A stretch of 64,000 bases of DNA from Azolla caroliniana. Its lineage: Eukaryota; Plantae; Polypodiophyta. The translations under genes and the position numbers were made by a program. The stretch spans positions 7,378,001-7,442,000 of the forward strand of contig JBHGNT010000008.1 of the NCBI GenBank assembly GCA_043228905.1, read 5' to 3'. Every line of letters begins with the position of its first letter. The stretch's first letter is position 1. The notes below the pieces were generated by a model. The model was not told the origin of the DNA, searched no databases, and saw only the letters and a program-made list of their open reading frames with translations. Below are positions 61,106 to 64,000 of the stretch, one piece after another.

Positions 61106-63213
61106 ATGGCAGCTCAATCCGCTCTCCTTTCTGCTGATCGCTCCTTCCTTCTCAGCTCCTCCTCCTCTGACTTCCATTCTGGCCTTCGTCTCAACCACAT
61201 TGCTCCTCTCTCTCTGCGCAGACCTTCCTCTGCATCGCTCCAAACCCTAGCTCTCTTCAGCTCTAAACCTAAGAAGGTAAAACAACCATGACCACGTTCT
61301 TTCTTTCTTTCTTTCTTATGCGAGTTTCTCTGTTCAACGTCTCACTTAAAGTAAATGTGACTACTCCCTTTCGTCATCCTTTTCTTTTTGTTTCTCTCTT
61401 CTGTGAATGTCTTTAAAATTCCAGGTTCAATGGTTTCTGTAAACAAACTTCTTTATAGCTCAACGTCTCCATTGATTTTCTGTGAATTTCTTTATATTTC
61501 AAGGTTCAATCGATTCTGTGAATGTATTTACAGTAGCTCCGTAGATTTTCTGAATGTATTTACTGTACCCCCATGGATTTTCCATGAATATTTTACAGTT
61601 CGAGTATCCATGGATTCCGAATCATTGAACACTATCTCCATGAATTTCTGTGAATGTATGGAGATGCTATGTACATGGTTTCTGTGTGAATTTCTATATA
61701 GTATCTCCATAGCCTTTTTGTGAATCTCTTTACGGTATCGCTATGATTTCTGTAAGTTGTTTTAATTTGTATATACATACATGGCTTGCCGTGTAGAATT
61801 ACATACTTTACGCTGTGAACTTTCTTACAGTATCTCCATGGATTTTCTGTGAAATGAACTTCTTTAAAGTTCATGTCTGATCCCTCCATGGTGACTTGAA
61901 TTTCCTTACAGCTCAAGCCTGATTTCTCCATGGCTTCTCTGTGAATCTCTTCGCAGTACAAAACCGGATCTTTCTATAGCTTTTCTGTGAAACGTTTAAA
62001 CAGATTGACCCTGATCTCTCCATACCTTTCTTATCTATTTTTGATTGATTGATTGCAGGCGCCTGAGCCAAAGGCTAAGGCTCCAAAGCCGAAGCTGAGG
62101 ACAGAAGACGGTATTTTTGGAACGTCGGGAGGTATTGGCTTCACCAAGCAGAATGAGTTGTTTGTTGGACGAGTTGCTATGATTGGATTTGCGGTAAGCT
62201 ATGCCAAGTCAAGTTATCTCTAGATTTATATATTGTTGTAGCCTTTTAGGTTGAATCTCCGCTAGGTTTTTAAACTGCGTGTTTGGAGAAGAAACTGTGG
62301 CATCTTGCATCCAAAATATCTCTAGAAATGTTGCTGTTTTTAGGCATTCATCTCAAGATTTCTCCATCCTTAGATTCCTCTAATGCTATGCAATGTTGTT
62401 TGAGATAGACTTAATATTGCCTTCTATGCCAAATATCTCAGGATGTCATGGTTTCGCCATTGCATTCATTTCAAAAATTTCAAGATTTCTTCGTATTTAC
62501 TACTATTGCATTCACCTCAGACAAGCCAAGGATTCACATCTATCTAGGCAATGTTGCTGCAAAAAGGCTTACCGTTGTACATTCATCTCCATGCTTTTTC
62601 ATGGTTGTTAGACTTCTCTTGCAAGGGGTTAGTGGACGCTAAGAAAAGCATTGCTTACGCTTGTTTTACATGGGTTACGCTCAAATTGATTACTGGTTAT
62701 TATACTTGTTTTATATAAGTTATGCTTAATTGATTACATATGGACTTGTTGCCAAGATTGTTTAAGAGGCATTCATTGGCATAGTAAAGAAAATCAATTG
62801 ATTATACTTGTTTTATACATTGGTTAACATGAATTGATTAGTTATGGTAGTATGACTCTTGGTTTATATTTTGTCGGTATGATTATGACTTGTAATCATT
62901 TATGTCTATCGGTTATGTATATTGCTGATGACCTTTATTGATTTATGTAAATGTTGGTCCGTATTTTGGTAGGCATCTCTACTCGGTGAGGCATTGACAG
63001 GGAAGGGAACTCTCGCTCAATTCGATCTCGAGACAGGCCTTCCCTTGACGGAGACAGAACCACTCCTTTTGTTCTTCATTCTCTTCACTCTACTAGGGGC
63101 CATTGGAGCTTTGGGAGACAGAGGCAAATTTGTGGATGAGCCTACTGGGTTGGACAAAGCCATTATTACACCCGGAAAAGGGCTCAAATCAACCCTAGGT
63201 TTGGCAGAAGGCG
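61106..63213 (+). CDS. PsbS: Photosystem II 22-kDa subunit S (PsbS/NPQ4), exons 1-3; the rest lies beyond the window
   Basis: Exons 61106-61276 (transit peptide), 62059-62193 (EDGIFGTSGGIGFTKQNELFVGRVAMIGFA) and 62973-63213 (ASLLGEALTGKGTLAQFDLETGLP...GALGDRGKFVDE); GT-AG introns. Confidence 0.96.
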
Positions 63214-64000
63214 GTAAGCGAATAAATTGAGGGCATTTCCATTCTAGATCATCTGGTTTTATGTTAGGATTGATTGGTGTAGGGGTAGAGATATGTGTGT
63301 CCTTATCTTTTCATTTGCGTCTAAGATTGGATTTTACACACCTAATTTGATATCACTTAGAGGTTTGAATGGAGATCTTTGTGAAGAAGATCCTAGAGGA
63401 CATTGCCATTATAGCTCATTTAGTTTTTATGTTGTAAGTTATGCGTAAGTGTGAGTGGAGATCTATGTGAAGATCCTAGAGGACATTGCCATTGTAACTC
63501 ATTTAGATTTTATTTTGTAAGTTATGCATAAGAAGCTGCACAAATGGAATTTATCACTAGGGTTGTGGCAAACATTTTCCTCTCATTTGCACCTAGGGTT
63601 TGGATCCATAGAAGCCCATAGAAAAGGTTCACCATATATACATACTTCACACACTAGTATTGTACCACCATCATGATTTTCCATTGTATTGGGCAAAATG
63701 TTTGCATTTTGCCATAATATTAGAGAACAAGCTTTCTCTCTTCTCTCTTTATCGTGTTACACATATTGTCCCTCTTTCATGTAAATGGGGTATGTCACTA
63801 CCAGGGGAGGCCTGTGTTAGACAAACTTATTTTTCTTGCCGCTCAATGTAGTGTGAATCTTTCTCAAGCTTAAAATATTTAGTTAAGGTGAAGATTTTAA
63901 AAGAAAAGCACCAAAATACCCCAAACTTGTTGGGTATTCAAAGCATTACTAGAATCCTAAATTTCAAGACATTACTAGAATACACCTTTGCATTACAAAA

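Overview
Eukaryotic land-plant nuclear DNA, most likely a non-seed plant such as a fern (inference from the transposon lineages and gene structure). The first ~39 kb is a stack of retroelements. (A) A non-coding LTR element at 2201-4425 carries a 46-bp hairpin array and appears to prime reverse transcription on its own RNA, Tf1-style, instead of using a tRNA. (B) The 5' LTR and PBS of a minus-strand element are inserted into A's 5' LTR. (C) An Athila/Tat-like Ty3/gypsy element at 5354-24626 (TSD AGGGA, tRNA-Arg PBS) has a large extra 3' ORF and no visible PPT. (D) A younger, fungal-like gypsy element is nested in C at 7802-17202; it has a 4-bp TSD, a tRNA-Trp PBS, a candidate recoding signal after protease, and a tRNA-like box plus a 105-bp array in its LTRs. 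This region also holds RTEX-like LINE fragments, a solo LTR and a full-length L1. The right part holds three host genes: a GDSL esterase/lipase (-), a PA-TM-RING (RMR-type) protein (+) and the first three exons of PsbS (+). All calls come from reading the sequence by eye; no database search or folding program was run.
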